Shown here piece by piece: positions 35,655 to 46,473 of a DNA stretch of 64,000 nucleotides. The DNA is taken from NCBI RefSeq assembly GCF_003790525.1, contig NZ_CP033635.1. The stretch is one strand, 5' to 3'. Origin of the DNA: Escherichia coli. GTDB lineage: Bacteria > Pseudomonadota > Gammaproteobacteria > Enterobacterales > Enterobacteriaceae. Both the position numbers and the translations under genes were made by a program. The notes beneath the pieces were generated by a model. The model had not been told where the DNA came from, searched no databases, and was given only the letters and a program-made list of their open reading frames with translations. The stretch's first letter is position 1. Each line of letters begins with the position of its first letter.

Positions 35655-37946
35655 TTGTCAGAACTACTCTCTTTCGCCCTTTTTCTCGCCTCTGTGCTGA
35701 TTTACGCATGGAAAGCGGGACGTAACACCTGGTGGTTTGCAGCCACGTTAACGGTGCTGGGGCTATTTGTCGTTTTAAATATCACCCTGTTTGCCAGCGA
35801 CTATTTTACTGGCGATGGTATTAACGACGCGGTTCTCTATACCTTAACCAACAGCCTGACCGGTGCTGGCGTCAGCAAATACATTCTGCCGGGTATCGGC
35901 ATTGTGCTGGGGCTGACAGCGGTGTTCGGTGCGCTGGGCTGGATCCTGCGCCGTCGTCGTCATCATCCGCACCATTTTGGTTACAGCCTGCTGGCACTCT
36001 TACTGGCGCTGGGTTCAGTGGATGCCAGCCCGGCATTTCGTCAGATAACGGAACTGGTGAAATCCCAGTCACGCGACGGCGACCCGGACTTTGCGGCTTA
36101 TTATAAAGAGCCGTCGAAAACTATCCCTGACCCGAAACTCAACCTGGTTTATATCTACGGCGAAAGTCTCGAGCGAACCTATTTTGATAACGAAGCTTTC
36201 CCGGATCTCACGCCTGAACTGGGCGCGTTGAAAAATGAAGGCCTGGATTTCAGCCACACGCAGCAGCTGCCAGGAACGGATTACACGATTGCGGGCATGG
36301 TGGCTTCTCAGTGCGGCATACCGCTGTTTGCCCCCTTTGAAGGCAACGCCTCCGCCTCTGTCTCCAGCTTCTTCCCGCAGAACATCTGTCTGGGCGATAT
36401 CCTGAAAAACTCGGGTTATCAGAACTATTTCGTGCAGGGCGCGAATCTGCGTTTTGCCGGTAAAGATGTGTTCCTGAAATCGCACGGCTTCGACCACTTA
36501 TTCGGCTCAGAAGAGCTGAAAAGCGTGGTGGCCGACCCGCACTATCGCAACGACTGGGGATTCTACGACGATACCGTTCTCGATGAAGCGTGGAAAAAGT
36601 TTGAAGAGCTTTCCCGCTCAGGTCAGCGATTCTCACTGTTTACCCTGACAGTCGATACCCATCACCCGGATGGTTTTATCTCGCGTACCTGTAACCGCAA
36701 AAAATATGATTTTGACGGTAAGCCGAATCAGTCATTCAGCGCGGTAAGTTGCAGTCAGGAGAATATCGCGACGTTTATCAACAAAATCAAAGCGTCACCG
36801 TGGTTTAAAGATACTGTTATCGTCGTCTCTTCTGACCATTTAGCGATGAACAACACGGCGTGGAAATACCTTAATAAACAGGATCGCAATAACCTGTTTT
36901 TTGTCATCCGTGGCGACAAGCCGCAGCAAGAGACGCTGGCGGTAAAGCGTAACACGATGGATAACGGCGCGACGGTGCTGGACATTCTCGGTGGCGATAA
37001 CTATCTCGGACTTGGTCGTAGCAGTTTATCCGGGCAGTCGATGTCGGAAATCTTCCTCAATATCAAAGAGAAAACATTGGCGTGGAAGCCGGATATCATC
37101 CGCCTGTGGAAATTCCCTAAAGAGATGAAAGAGTTCACCATCGACCAGCAGAAAAACATGATTGCCTTCTCGGGTAGCCATTTCCGTTTGCCGCTGCTGT
37201 TGCGGGTTTCAGACAAACGCGTGGAACCGCTGCCGGAAAGTGAATACTCAGCACCGCTGCGTTTCCAGCTGGCCGATTTCGCTCCACGCGACAATTTCGT
37301 CTGGGTTGACCGTTGCTACAAGATGGCACAACTTTGGGCTCCGGAACTGGCACTCTCCACCAACTGGTGTGTCTCGCAAGGGCAGCTTGGCGGTCAGCAA
37401 ATTGTCCAGCATGTTGACAAAACAACATGGAAGGGCAAAACGGCATTTAAAGATACGGTCATCGACATGGCGCGTTACAAAGGCAATGTCGATACGCTGA
37501 AGATTGTTGATAACGATATTCGCTACAAAGCCGACAGTTTCATCTTTAACGTCGCCGGTGCGCCGGAAGAGGTGAAACAGTTTAGCGGGATTTCTCGTCC
37601 GGAGTCGTGGGGCCGCTGGTCCAACGCTCAGCTGGGCGATGAAGTAAAAATCGAGTATAAGCATCCGCTGCCGAAGAAATTTGACCTGGTGATTACCGCC
37701 AAAGCATACGGCAATAACGCCAGCCGTCCTATTCCGGTACGCGTAGGCAATGAAGAACAAACCCTTGTACTGGGCAATGAAGTGACCACCACCACGCTGC
37801 ATTTCGATAACCCAACCGATGCCGACACGCTGGTAATTGTGCCGCCGGAACCTGTCTCAACCAACGAAGGGAATATCCTCGGACACTCGCCGCGTAAGCT
37901 CGGGATCGGCATGGTGGAGATTAAAGTGGTAGAACGTGAAGGGTAA
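35655..37946 (+). CDS. opgB: Phosphoglycerol transferase I OpgB (MdoB)
   Basis: 763-aa ORF, TTG start, [22 protein letters not shown]; sulfatase-like domain. Confidence 0.95.
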   Translation: MSELLSFALFLASVLIYAWKAGRNTWWFAATLTVLGLFVVLNITLFASDYFTGDGINDAVLYTLTNSLTGAGVSKYILPGIGIVLGLTAVFGALGWILRRRRHHPHHFGYSLLALLLALGSVDASPAFRQITELVKSQSRDGDPDFAAYYKEPSKTIPDPKLNLVYIYGESLERTYFDNEAFPDLTPELGALKNEGLDFSHTQQLPGTDYTIAGMVASQCGIPLFAPFEGNASASVSSFFPQNICLGDILKNSGYQNYFVQGANLRFAGKDVFLKSHGFDHLFGSEELKSVVADPHYRNDWGFYDDTVLDEAWKKFEELSRSGQRFSLFTLTVDTHHPDGFISRTCNRKKYDFDGKPNQSFSAVSCSQENIATFINKIKASPWFKDTVIVVSSDHLAMNNTAWKYLNKQDRNNLFFVIRGDKPQQETLAVKRNTMDNGATVLDILGGDNYLGLGRSSLSGQSMSEIFLNIKEKTLAWKPDIIRLWKFPKEMKEFTIDQQKNMIAFSGSHFRLPLLLRVSDKRVEPLPESEYSAPLRFQLADFAPRDNFVWVDRCYKMAQLWAPELALSTNWCVSQGQLGGQQIVQHVDKTTWKGKTAFKDTVIDMARYKGNVDTLKIVDNDIRYKADSFIFNVAGAPEEVKQFSGISRPESWGRWSNAQLGDEVKIEYKHPLPKKFDLVITAKAYGNNASRPIPVRVGNEEQTLVLGNEVTTTTLHFDNPTDADTLVIVPPEPVSTNEGNILGHSPRKLGIGMVEIKVVEREG

Positions 37947-37959
37947 TTCCTGACTGATT

Positions 37960-38005
37960 TGTAGGTCGCATAAGGTGCGGCCTACACGCCTTCTCCGGCT
38001 TACAA
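37960..38005. repeat. REP-like palindrome downstream of opgB
   Basis: TGTAGGTCGCATAAGGTGCGGCCTACA palindromic unit. Confidence 0.4.
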
Positions 38006-38083
38006 CACACTATTAAGAAACAAAAAAAACAGCGCCCAACACTTCCCCGGACGCTGCATGGCAACTTTAATAATCTCGCCTTA

Positions 38084-39106
38084 TCAGAAAGTAATTACAC
38101 CCTTAATCAACTCACGATTGTTAATCACATCACGTTCGTAGGTTTCTGCCAGCGTGGCGAACGGGTAGCGATGGGTTAACATCATGTCGGCAGTGATTTT
38201 CCCTTCCGCCATCAATCGACCGACTTTAGCGAAATCTTCCGGCGTGGCGTTGCGGCTGCCCATCATCGTCGTTTCTTTTTTATGGAATTCCGGATCGGAG
38301 AACTGCAACTCACCTTTAAACAGACCGACAAATACCACCGTGCCGCCGTGACGAATCAGATTTACGGTGTTATTCATCGCATGTTGATTACCTGTCGCGT
38401 CGATCACTTTCTGCGCCAGCGAACCACCAAACTGCGCCCGCAGCTGCGCGTCAAAATCTTCGGCTGACGGGTCCAGTACAGGTAATTCCAGACGCGTTGC
38501 CACATGTTCACGGCGCGCCGGACTGGTATCCGCCACTACCACCTGTGCGCCATCGGCTTTAGCGATTGCCGCCGCGCCCAGACCGATTGGCCCCGCCCCG
38601 ACCACCAGCACCTGCTCGCCGGGAGCAATGGCTGCACGACGCACCGCATGTGCGCTAATAGCGAAAGGTTCAATCAATGCTGCCGCCTGCGGGTCAATAC
38701 CGTCTGCGGGCAAAATGTTCGCCACCGGCACGCTCAAATACTCACTAAAACCACCATCCTGATGCACACCAATAACTGAAATTTTTTCACAGCAATTGGT
38801 ACGACCGCTTTTACATGCAGGGCATTGCTGACAGGCAACATAAGGGATCACAGCAACTTGCTGACCATTTTTAAGATCAGCAATATTTTTACCCAGCCCA
38901 ACAATCTCCCCACATATTTCATGGCCTAAAACACGTGGATAACTAAAAAATGGTTGATTTCCACCCCAGGCATGAATATCGGTACCGCAAATCCCGACAG
39001 ACTTAATTTTTATTAATGCTTCATTGTCACCCGGAATAGGTATCTCGCGTTGTTTCCAGACTAATTCTTTCGGCTGCTGGCAAATTAAATCATTCATCGT
39101 AGACAT
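38084..39106 (-). CDS. lgoD: L-galactonate oxidoreductase LgoD (YjjN), Zn-dependent alcohol dehydrogenase family
   Basis: ORF track 38084..39121; conserved start MSTMNDLICQQPKELVWKQREIP; motifs GICGTDIH and GAGPIGLG. Confidence 0.9.
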   Translation of the reverse strand: MSTMNDLICQQPKELVWKQREIPIPGDNEALIKIKSVGICGTDIHAWGGNQPFFSYPRVLGHEICGEIVGLGKNIADLKNGQQVAVIPYVACQQCPACKSGRTNCCEKISVIGVHQDGGFSEYLSVPVANILPADGIDPQAAALIEPFAISAHAVRRAAIAPGEQVLVVGAGPIGLGAAAIAKADGAQVVVADTSPARREHVATRLELPVLDPSAEDFDAQLRAQFGGSLAQKVIDATGNQHAMNNTVNLIRHGGTVVFVGLFKGELQFSDPEFHKKETTMMGSRNATPEDFAKVGRLMAEGKITADMMLTHRYPFATLAETYERDVINNRELIKGVITF

Positions 39107-39244
39107 GATTCGGCTCTCCATTTTTTGTTGCCTTAGATATCAATGAAAATGAAAAATGGCAGCGGAACGGAAAATCTGTTTTGTGAAAACACACGCATAA
39201 AAATGTTTTAAATCGGGTTTTAATGGACTCACAAGGAGGAAAAT

Positions 39245-40159
39245 ATGAGTCGCTCACAAAATTTACGCCACAATGTGATTAACCAGGTCATTGATGATAT
39301 GGCGCGGGGTCATATCCCTTCCCCACTTCCATCGCAAAGTGCGCTGGCGGAAATGTACAACATCAGCCGCACCACAGTGCGTCATATTCTCAGCCACTTA
39401 CGCGAATGCGGCGTCTTGACGCAGGTTGGAAACGATTATGTTATTGCGCGTAAACCTGACCACGATGACGGTTTCGCCTGTACTACCGCTTCAATGAGTG
39501 AACAAAACAAAGTGTTTGAGCAGGCTTTTTTCACGATGATAAACCAGCGTCAGTTACGCCCTGGGGAAACTTTTTCTGAACTGCAACTGGCGCGGGCCGC
39601 GGGTGTCAGCCCGGTGGTTGTAAGAGAATATCTTTTAAAATTCGGCCGTTATAATCTTATTCAAAGCGAAAAGCGCGGCCAGTGGAGCATGAAGCAATTC
39701 GATCAATCCTACGCCGAGCAGCTGTTTGAGCTACGCGAAATGCTCGAAACACATTCACTTCAGCACTTTCTCAACCTGCCTGATCACGATCCCCGCTGGC
39801 TGCAGGCGAAAACCGTGCTCGAACGTCATCGGCTACTGCGTGACAACATCGGCAATAGCTTTCGCATGTTCTCGCAACTTGACAGAGATTTTCACTCCTT
39901 ACTGCTTTCAGCTGCCGACAATATCTTTTTTGATCAATCGCTTGAGATCATCTCAGTCATCTTTCATTTTCACTATCAATGGGACGAAAGCGATCTTAAA
40001 CAGCGCAATATCATTGCCGTCGATGAGCATATGACCATTCTCAGTGCTCTGATTTGCCGCAGTGACCTGGATGCCACCCTTGCGCTCCGTAACCATTTGA
40101 ATTCAGCTAAACAATCAATGATTCGATCCATTAATGAGAACACGCGTTATGCTCATTAA
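39245..40159 (+). CDS. lgoR: GntR-family regulator LgoR (YjjM)
   Basis: 304-aa ORF with N-terminal GntR HTH (LPSQSALAEMYNISRTTVRHIL). Confidence 0.9.
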   Translation: MSRSQNLRHNVINQVIDDMARGHIPSPLPSQSALAEMYNISRTTVRHILSHLRECGVLTQVGNDYVIARKPDHDDGFACTTASMSEQNKVFEQAFFTMINQRQLRPGETFSELQLARAAGVSPVVVREYLLKFGRYNLIQSEKRGQWSMKQFDQSYAEQLFELREMLETHSLQHFLNLPDHDPRWLQAKTVLERHRLLRDNIGNSFRMFSQLDRDFHSLLLSAADNIFFDQSLEIISVIFHFHYQWDESDLKQRNIIAVDEHMTILSALICRSDLDATLALRNHLNSAKQSMIRSINENTRYAH

Positions 40160-40373
40160 GTACGGATTAAAAACAGCAAACTATTAGCGGGTGCACGGTT
40201 TTATCAAAAGATAAATACCGGGAAAATCCCGCTTACCTATGCTCACAATCAGTCGACTAAAAATGTTTTTGTGAGCGGTAGTAAAGTCCTAAAACTTTAA
40301 CCTGCCGTTAATGTCAACCTTGCGTAATGCACAATTACGTAAACAATTAAAATTATAAATACAGGAGTCCGGC

Positions 40374-41735
40374 GTGGAAAAAGAAAATATCACCCTCGAT
40401 CCGCGTTCTTCATTTACTCCATCTTCGTCGGCAGATATTCCCGTGCCACCAGATGGATTAGTTCAACGCAGTACCCGAATTAAACGCATTCAAACCACCG
40501 CCATGTTGTTATTATTTTTTGCGGCGGTAATCAATTATCTCGACCGCAGTTCGCTGTCGGTAGCAAATTTAACGATTCGTGAAGAATTGGGATTAAGTGC
40601 CACCGAAATCGGCGCTTTGCTCTCCGTGTTTTCACTCGCTTACGGGATTGCGCAACTTCCTTGCGGCCCACTATTGGATCGTAAAGGCCCGCGCCTGATG
40701 CTGGGACTGGGGATGTTCTTCTGGTCACTGTTCCAGGCCATGTCTGGCATGGTGCACAGCTTTACGCAGTTCGTGTTGGTGCGTATCGGTATGGGGATTG
40801 GTGAAGCGCCGATGAACCCATGCGGTGTAAAAGTCATTAACGACTGGTTCAACATCAAAGAGCGCGGACGCCCGATGGGCTTCTTCAACGCAGCTTCTAC
40901 CATTGGCGTTGCCGTAAGCCCACCGATTCTGGCGGCGATGATGCTGGTGATGGGCTGGCGCGGGATGTTTATTACTATTGGTGTACTGGGGATTTTTCTC
41001 GCCATCGGCTGGTATATGCTCTATCGCAACCGCGAGCACGTAGAACTGACTGCCGTTGAACAAGCTTATCTCAATGCAGGTAGCGTCAATGCCCGCCGAG
41101 ATCCGCTCAGTTTTGCCGAATGGCGCAGCCTGTTCCGTAACCGCACAATGTGGGGAATGATGCTCGGATTCAGTGGCATCAACTACACTGCGTGGCTGTA
41201 TCTGGCCTGGCTTCCTGGTTACCTGCAAACAGCCTATAACCTGGATTTAAAAAGCACAGGGTTGATGGCGGCTATCCCTTTCCTGTTTGGGGCTGCCGGG
41301 ATGCTGGTCAACGGTTACGTTACTGACTGGCTGGTCAAAGGGGGAATGGCTCCGATTAAAAGCCGTAAGATCTGCATTATTGCCGGGATGTTCTGTTCTG
41401 CCGCCTTTACGCTGGTCGTACCGCAAGCGACAACATCCATGACGGCGGTTCTGCTGATTGGTATGGCACTGTTTTGTATTCACTTTGCCGGAACATCCTG
41501 CTGGGGATTGATCCACGTCGCAGTAGCTTCTCGCATGACTGCGTCGGTGGGCAGTATCCAGAACTTTGCCAGCTTCATCTGCGCCTCTTTCGCGCCGATC
41601 ATTACTGGTTTTATTGTTGATACCACCCATTCATTCCGTCTGGCACTAATCATCTGCGGTTGCGTCACTGCGGCGGGTGCACTGGCGTACATCTTCCTGG
41701 TTCGTCAGCCGATCAACGACCCACGGAAAGATTAA
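40374..41735 (+). CDS. lgoT: L-galactonate MFS transporter LgoT (YjjL)
   Basis: 453-aa ORF (GTG start) with MFS architecture. Confidence 0.9.
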   Translation: MEKENITLDPRSSFTPSSSADIPVPPDGLVQRSTRIKRIQTTAMLLLFFAAVINYLDRSSLSVANLTIREELGLSATEIGALLSVFSLAYGIAQLPCGPLLDRKGPRLMLGLGMFFWSLFQAMSGMVHSFTQFVLVRIGMGIGEAPMNPCGVKVINDWFNIKERGRPMGFFNAASTIGVAVSPPILAAMMLVMGWRGMFITIGVLGIFLAIGWYMLYRNREHVELTAVEQAYLNAGSVNARRDPLSFAEWRSLFRNRTMWGMMLGFSGINYTAWLYLAWLPGYLQTAYNLDLKSTGLMAAIPFLFGAAGMLVNGYVTDWLVKGGMAPIKSRKICIIAGMFCSAAFTLVVPQATTSMTAVLLIGMALFCIHFAGTSCWGLIHVAVASRMTASVGSIQNFASFICASFAPIITGFIVDTTHSFRLALIICGCVTAAGALAYIFLVRQPINDPRKD

Positions 41736-41783
41736 TCTCCCTATGCCCGATAACATTTTGCTTATCGGGCATTTTTATGGCGA

Positions 41784-43448
41784 TTAAAACGTTTCCCAGT
41801 TCTCCCCGCTATCTGCCACGGCCATTTTACGCGGCGCAGCTGGCGTCACGGTTTTTACCACAGCCGATGTTTCACGCTGATGTTGCTGCTGTTGCTGAAT
41901 CCGGAACACTGCCACAGCTTCGGTCAGGCGACTGGCCTGCTCTTCCAGCGCGGCGGCGGCAGCGGCAGATTCTTCCACCAGCGCAGCGTTCTGTTGAGTT
42001 ACCCGGTCCATCTCAGCAACCGCTAATCCAACCTGATCGATACCACGGCTCTGCTCATCAGAAGCAGAAGCTATTTCGCCCATAATGTCCGTCACGCGGG
42101 TCACAGCGCTGACAATCTCTGCCATGGTTTCCCCGGCGCTTTCGACCAGCGTAGAGCCAACATCCACTTTGCCCACCGAGTCTTCAATCAGGCTTTTAAT
42201 TTCGCGAGCCGCCTGAGCGCTACGCTGGGCCAGATTACGCACTTCTCCCGCAACCACCGCAAAACCGCGCCCTTGCTCACCCGCGCGCGCTGCTTCAACC
42301 GCCGCGTTCAAAGCGAGAATATTGGTCTGGAAGGCAATGCCGTCAATTACGCTGATAATATCGGCGATTTTCTGCGAACTGGTGGAGATATCGCGCATGG
42401 TCTGCACCACGTTATCCACCACTTTGCCGCCGCGTTGCGCCGTTTCAGAAGCACTTAACGCCAGGTGGCTGGCCTGGCGCGCATTTTCGGCGTTCTGCTT
42501 CACCGTTGCGGTCAGTTGCTCCATGCTGGCTGCCGTCTCTTCCAGCGAAGCGGCCTGTTGCTCGGTGCGCGAAGAGAGATCGTTATTGCCGGTAGCGATT
42601 TCGCTGGCACCGCTATAGATGGCATTGGCCCCGTTGCGCACATCACCGACGGTACGCATCAGCTCTCCCTGCATATGGCGCAAACTCTCAGCCAGTTGCC
42701 CCATCTCATTAGAGCCATCCACCTCAATCGGTTTCACCAGATCGCCGCCTGCAATATGACGAATGCTGTCAATCAGGCGATTCATTGGCGCTACCAACGA
42801 GGCTTTAATACCGAACCAGACGGCGAAGATGACCGCCAGTACGACGATCATCACGCCCACCAGAATCCACATCGCCTGGCTGTAGGAGGCATTATTATCG
42901 CTGACGGCGATATCATAGAGCCGATCGTTTTGCTCCATGTAAGCCACATACTGCTTCTCGAAACCGTCCTGATATCCCTGGGTTGGCTGATCAAAGAACT
43001 CGTTGATTTTGCCTGCACCTAACAGTTGGATCAGCTCCGCCAGCGCATTGTGATAAATATCGTAATTACGTTTGATCTCTGCCGCTGCGGCGGTGCTCTG
43101 ACGCGGGTCACGCGGCAACGCTTCGTAATCCGCCCAGTTTTTTTCCGCCTGTTTCAGCGAAATACTGGCACTCTGCATCAGCTCAGCAACGGTTGAACCG
43201 CTACCAATATTATTCTGATCCATCATGTAGCGGATACCCGCGCGGTTGAGGGTGTTACGCGTCTGCAACAACGCGACCCAGCTGCCATTCAGCGTGGATT
43301 GCTGCTGGCGAATGGTTTGTAAAACAGTGAAATTTTCTTTGTCATTCTTTAAGGCATTAAAGAACAGACCGCCTGATGTCAGTTGTAAAAGGCCAAAAAC
43401 GGCCAAAACCAGCAGTAAGCTGGTCACGATCTTGATACGTTTTAACAT
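41784..43448 (-). CDS. tsr: Methyl-accepting chemotaxis protein I (serine chemoreceptor) Tsr
   Basis: ORF track 41784..43463; conserved start [23 protein letters not shown]; C-terminal NWETF pentapeptide. Confidence 0.92.
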   Translation of the reverse strand: MLKRIKIVTSLLLVLAVFGLLQLTSGGLFFNALKNDKENFTVLQTIRQQQSTLNGSWVALLQTRNTLNRAGIRYMMDQNNIGSGSTVAELMQSASISLKQAEKNWADYEALPRDPRQSTAAAAEIKRNYDIYHNALAELIQLLGAGKINEFFDQPTQGYQDGFEKQYVAYMEQNDRLYDIAVSDNNASYSQAMWILVGVMIVVLAVIFAVWFGIKASLVAPMNRLIDSIRHIAGGDLVKPIEVDGSNEMGQLAESLRHMQGELMRTVGDVRNGANAIYSGASEIATGNNDLSSRTEQQAASLEETAASMEQLTATVKQNAENARQASHLALSASETAQRGGKVVDNVVQTMRDISTSSQKIADIISVIDGIAFQTNILALNAAVEAARAGEQGRGFAVVAGEVRNLAQRSAQAAREIKSLIEDSVGKVDVGSTLVESAGETMAEIVSAVTRVTDIMGEIASASDEQSRGIDQVGLAVAEMDRVTQQNAALVEESAAAAAALEEQASRLTEAVAVFRIQQQQQHQRETSAVVKTVTPAAPRKMAVADSGENWETF

Positions 43449-43587
43449 GGTTTCTCTTTCCACTAGACAGATACACTGGTTGTCGGCCTGGTGGTGGAAA
43501 ACTTTATGCTGTGGAAAAGCGTCGGCACTGCTTTTGTTGCAGCAAACTTGCGTTTTTTGTGAGGGTCACACTCTATAGCGGCAGTTT

Positions 43588-44493
43588 ATGGTACAAAGTA
43601 TCAATCTTCTTCGAACCAGTGATACTCCTATGGCTTATAGCATCGATATCATCTCCTGCATTACCGAACGGTTTATGGCGTTAACAGCCACTGAAAAGCG
43701 TATCGCACAATTTATTCTTGATGACGTCTCTGCCGCAGTAGAGTTGCCAATTGCTGAGCTGGCACGGTTAACGCAAACCAGTCAGGCGTCGGTGACGCGT
43801 TTTGCCCGTGCACTGGGGTGCAAAGATGTCCGCGAGTTGAAAGTCAAACTGGCGCAGTCACTGGCTGTCGGGCAGCGGTTTATTCTCGATGTACCGGATC
43901 TTGACGGTGTTCAGGGGATCTACGAAGCGATTATTAGCGTGCTGGAGACGCATCGTCGTTCGCTGGATATGAATGCCATCAGCCAGGCTGTAAGCTGGTT
44001 AAGTCAGGCGCGGCAAATTCTTGCGTTAGGAACTGGCGGCGGTTCCACTATCTGTTCACAGGAGATTCAGTACCGTTTATTCCGTCTGGGGCTACCGGTG
44101 GTCAGTCAGAATGATGCCCTGATGATGAGAATGATGTGCTCGGCAGTCATGCCGCAGGATGTGGTGATTGTGCTTTCGCTGGGCGGTTATACACCGGAAA
44201 TCATCGAAAGTGCGGCAATCGCCCGTCAGTATGGCGCGCGTGTTATTGCCATTACGCCAGCACAAACACCGCTGGCGGAACAGGTGGATCTGGTATTGCC
44301 GTTACTGGTTCAGGAAAGTGATTACATCTTTAAGCCCACCCCTTCCCGCTACGCGATGTTAGCCATGGTCGATGTACTGGCAACAGAACTGGCAATGGCA
44401 AATAAAGCGCAGGCGAAAGATCGCCTGCGGCGGATAAAACTCGTGTTAGACAGCCACCGTGGGGGCGCTAACCGCCAGCCACTTGGCGATTAG
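43588..44493 (+). CDS. RpiR/MurR-family transcriptional regulator (N-terminal HTH, C-terminal SIS domain); start may be the internal Met at 43630
   Basis: HTH segment ELPIAELARLTQTSQASVTRFARALG and SIS-like ILALGTGGGS; divergent from tsr. Confidence 0.8.
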   Translation: MVQSINLLRTSDTPMAYSIDIISCITERFMALTATEKRIAQFILDDVSAAVELPIAELARLTQTSQASVTRFARALGCKDVRELKVKLAQSLAVGQRFILDVPDLDGVQGIYEAIISVLETHRRSLDMNAISQAVSWLSQARQILALGTGGGSTICSQEIQYRLFRLGLPVVSQNDALMMRMMCSAVMPQDVVIVLSLGGYTPEIIESAAIARQYGARVIAITPAQTPLAEQVDLVLPLLVQESDYIFKPTPSRYAMLAMVDVLATELAMANKAQAKDRLRRIKLVLDSHRGGANRQPLGD

Positions 44494-44502
44494 CATTGTC
44501 GG

Positions 44503-45972
44503 TTATGCTTCTTCAGGTTTGGTGATCACGACACTCTGGTTTTCACGCTCATTGGTGATAATAGCCAAAGCTTCTTCCCGGCTGACCTGACTTGCTGGCG
44601 TTACCAACGTCACCAGTACGCCAGCGACCAGGCTGCCCAGCACTGACGGAATACACGGGTTACCCCAGTAAGCCAGCCAGTCGGCATTCATCAGCACCAC
44701 AATTGACATCACCATACCACTCACTAACGCCGCCAGCGCGCCCTGCCAGTTAAAGCGTAGCCAGAAGCGACCGAGAATCGAGCAGATAAACAACCCGGAC
44801 ATCAGCATCGAAATCATTTTGGTAATGTAGCTGATGATGTCGTTAGAGGTCAGAGCAAAGACCAGCGCCAGGCCAATAACAAAGGTCAACATCCAGCGTG
44901 AGTAAGTGATTGCCTTATCCTCCGGCGGCATTCTGCCGGTAATCATGGTGTAGACGTCGCGCATCATAATCGCCACCGCCGCGATGGCATCGGAGCTGGC
45001 AGAAGACATGGTGGCTGAAAGCCCGGCAATCAGCACCACCAGCCCAAGAATGGCAGGTAAGAAACTGGTCGCGAACAAGAAGGCGTAGTTGCTGTTTTCC
45101 AGATTTGGGTTCATGGTGAACGCCGCCATGCCGATAATGGCAGGCAAAATCGAGAAGAACAGATATAACACCCCAGTAATAACAAACGAACGGCGTACAG
45201 AGGGAACATCTTTACCCGAGTAAATACGCTGGCGATAAGACGGTGTTGCCAGCACACCTACGCCAATAACCAGTGCCAGCGAAAGCGCAGGCAGCACGCC
45301 CATTTTATCAATCGCAAACAGGCTCATCGCTTTTGGGTCCATCGCCTGCTCAATCGCACTCCAGCCGCCAACGTGAACAACGGCAAGAATAGCCATTAAT
45401 ATAAAGCCAAAGAACAGAATTAGGGCCTGAATAGTATCTGTCCACACTACCGCCGAATAACCGCCGATAATAACGTAAATCGCAAAAGCTAAGGCAATAA
45501 TTAATTTTGCCACCGTAAGATCAATACCTGTTGCCCAGGCAAGATACATACTTCCACCTAATATATGCGCCCCCAGCCAGCCAATAGAGGCAATAAATAT
45601 CATCAGGCCGACAATATTTTTAATTAAATGGCTGCCGCCAGTATAATAAGATATTTCTTCACTCATGGTCATAAATCGTAATTTACGTACCGGTGCAAAC
45701 AGCCACGCCACCAGTAATATACCTACGGCCCCACCGACGCCATAAAGCATTCCGGCCCAGCCATTGCTGTAGCCAAAGCCCACTGCGCCCATACTGGAAC
45801 CCGTGCCAACCATCGTGGCAACGGTTGACCCCAGCGTCAGAAACAGCGGCAGCGAACGCCCGCCCAGCAGAAAATCTTCTCCGCTTTTCTGATTACGAGA
45901 AACAAACCAACCAAGCCAAATCATGGCGATGGCATAAATAATAAAGCCGACTAAAAAGATATGACTGTTCAT
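44503..45972 (-). CDS. Sodium:solute symporter family (SSF) transporter
   Basis: 489-aa polytopic membrane protein with SSF N-terminal signature FLLGGRSLPLFLTLGSTVATMVGTGSSMGAVGFGY. Confidence 0.8.
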   Translation of the reverse strand: MNSHIFLVGFIIYAIAMIWLGWFVSRNQKSGEDFLLGGRSLPLFLTLGSTVATMVGTGSSMGAVGFGYSNGWAGMLYGVGGAVGILLVAWLFAPVRKLRFMTMSEEISYYTGGSHLIKNIVGLMIFIASIGWLGAHILGGSMYLAWATGIDLTVAKLIIALAFAIYVIIGGYSAVVWTDTIQALILFFGFILMAILAVVHVGGWSAIEQAMDPKAMSLFAIDKMGVLPALSLALVIGVGVLATPSYRQRIYSGKDVPSVRRSFVITGVLYLFFSILPAIIGMAAFTMNPNLENSNYAFLFATSFLPAILGLVVLIAGLSATMSSASSDAIAAVAIMMRDVYTMITGRMPPEDKAITYSRWMLTFVIGLALVFALTSNDIISYITKMISMLMSGLFICSILGRFWLRFNWQGALAALVSGMVMSIVVLMNADWLAYWGNPCIPSVLGSLVAGVLVTLVTPASQVSREEALAIITNERENQSVVITKPEEA

Positions 45973-46074
45973 AATTCACATCCTGCCAGTAGAGAGAAAT
46001 TAATGTAAGAGTTCCCGGAGTGCTGAATGTATTCAGCACTCAATTGCGGTCTGTTTTTTTAATTCTTAAATTTA

Positions 46075-46470
46075 TTAGCGGGTCGCGTTATAACAGGTCA
46101 CATCGACTTCGACTTTACAATCGACAACCAGATCAGCCACACAACAAATACGTGCAGGTGGATTCTCGCCAAAAAATTCTCTGAATACTTTATTAAATGA
46201 CTGGAAATAGCGGGCGTCGGTCAGGATCACTTTCACGTGAACCACATCCACCAGGCTATAACCGGCTTCAGTCATGATGTCGACACAGTTTTGAATCGCC
46301 AGTCGTGACTGTTCAACGATTCCGCCTTCTACCACTTCACCGTTTTTCATGGGTGTTTGCCCGGAGACGTACAGCCAGCCGCCCGCCTCAACCGCCCTGG
46401 CAAAAGGCAAATGCTGCCCGCCAGTGCCTGTTCCACCTTCCGTACCGTAACGTTTAATGCTCATATTCAC
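46075..46470 (-). CDS. RidA/YjgF-family reactive-intermediate (enamine/imine) deaminase
   Basis: 131-aa ORF with family motifs LYVSGQTP, ARY..FN.V...FF and conserved Arg in ENPPARICCV. Confidence 0.8.
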   Translation of the reverse strand: MNMSIKRYGTEGGTGTGGQHLPFARAVEAGGWLYVSGQTPMKNGEVVEGGIVEQSRLAIQNCVDIMTEAGYSLVDVVHVKVILTDARYFQSFNKVFREFFGENPPARICCVADLVVDCKVEVDVTCYNATR

Positions 46471-46473
46471 TCC

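Noticed and set aside
41784-43448. Tsr length of 554 aa versus my recollection of 551 aa, considered as a possible receptor variant
   Set aside because: The difference is within my memory uncertainty, and both the N-terminal start and the C-terminal NWETF are canonical; not enough to claim a variant.
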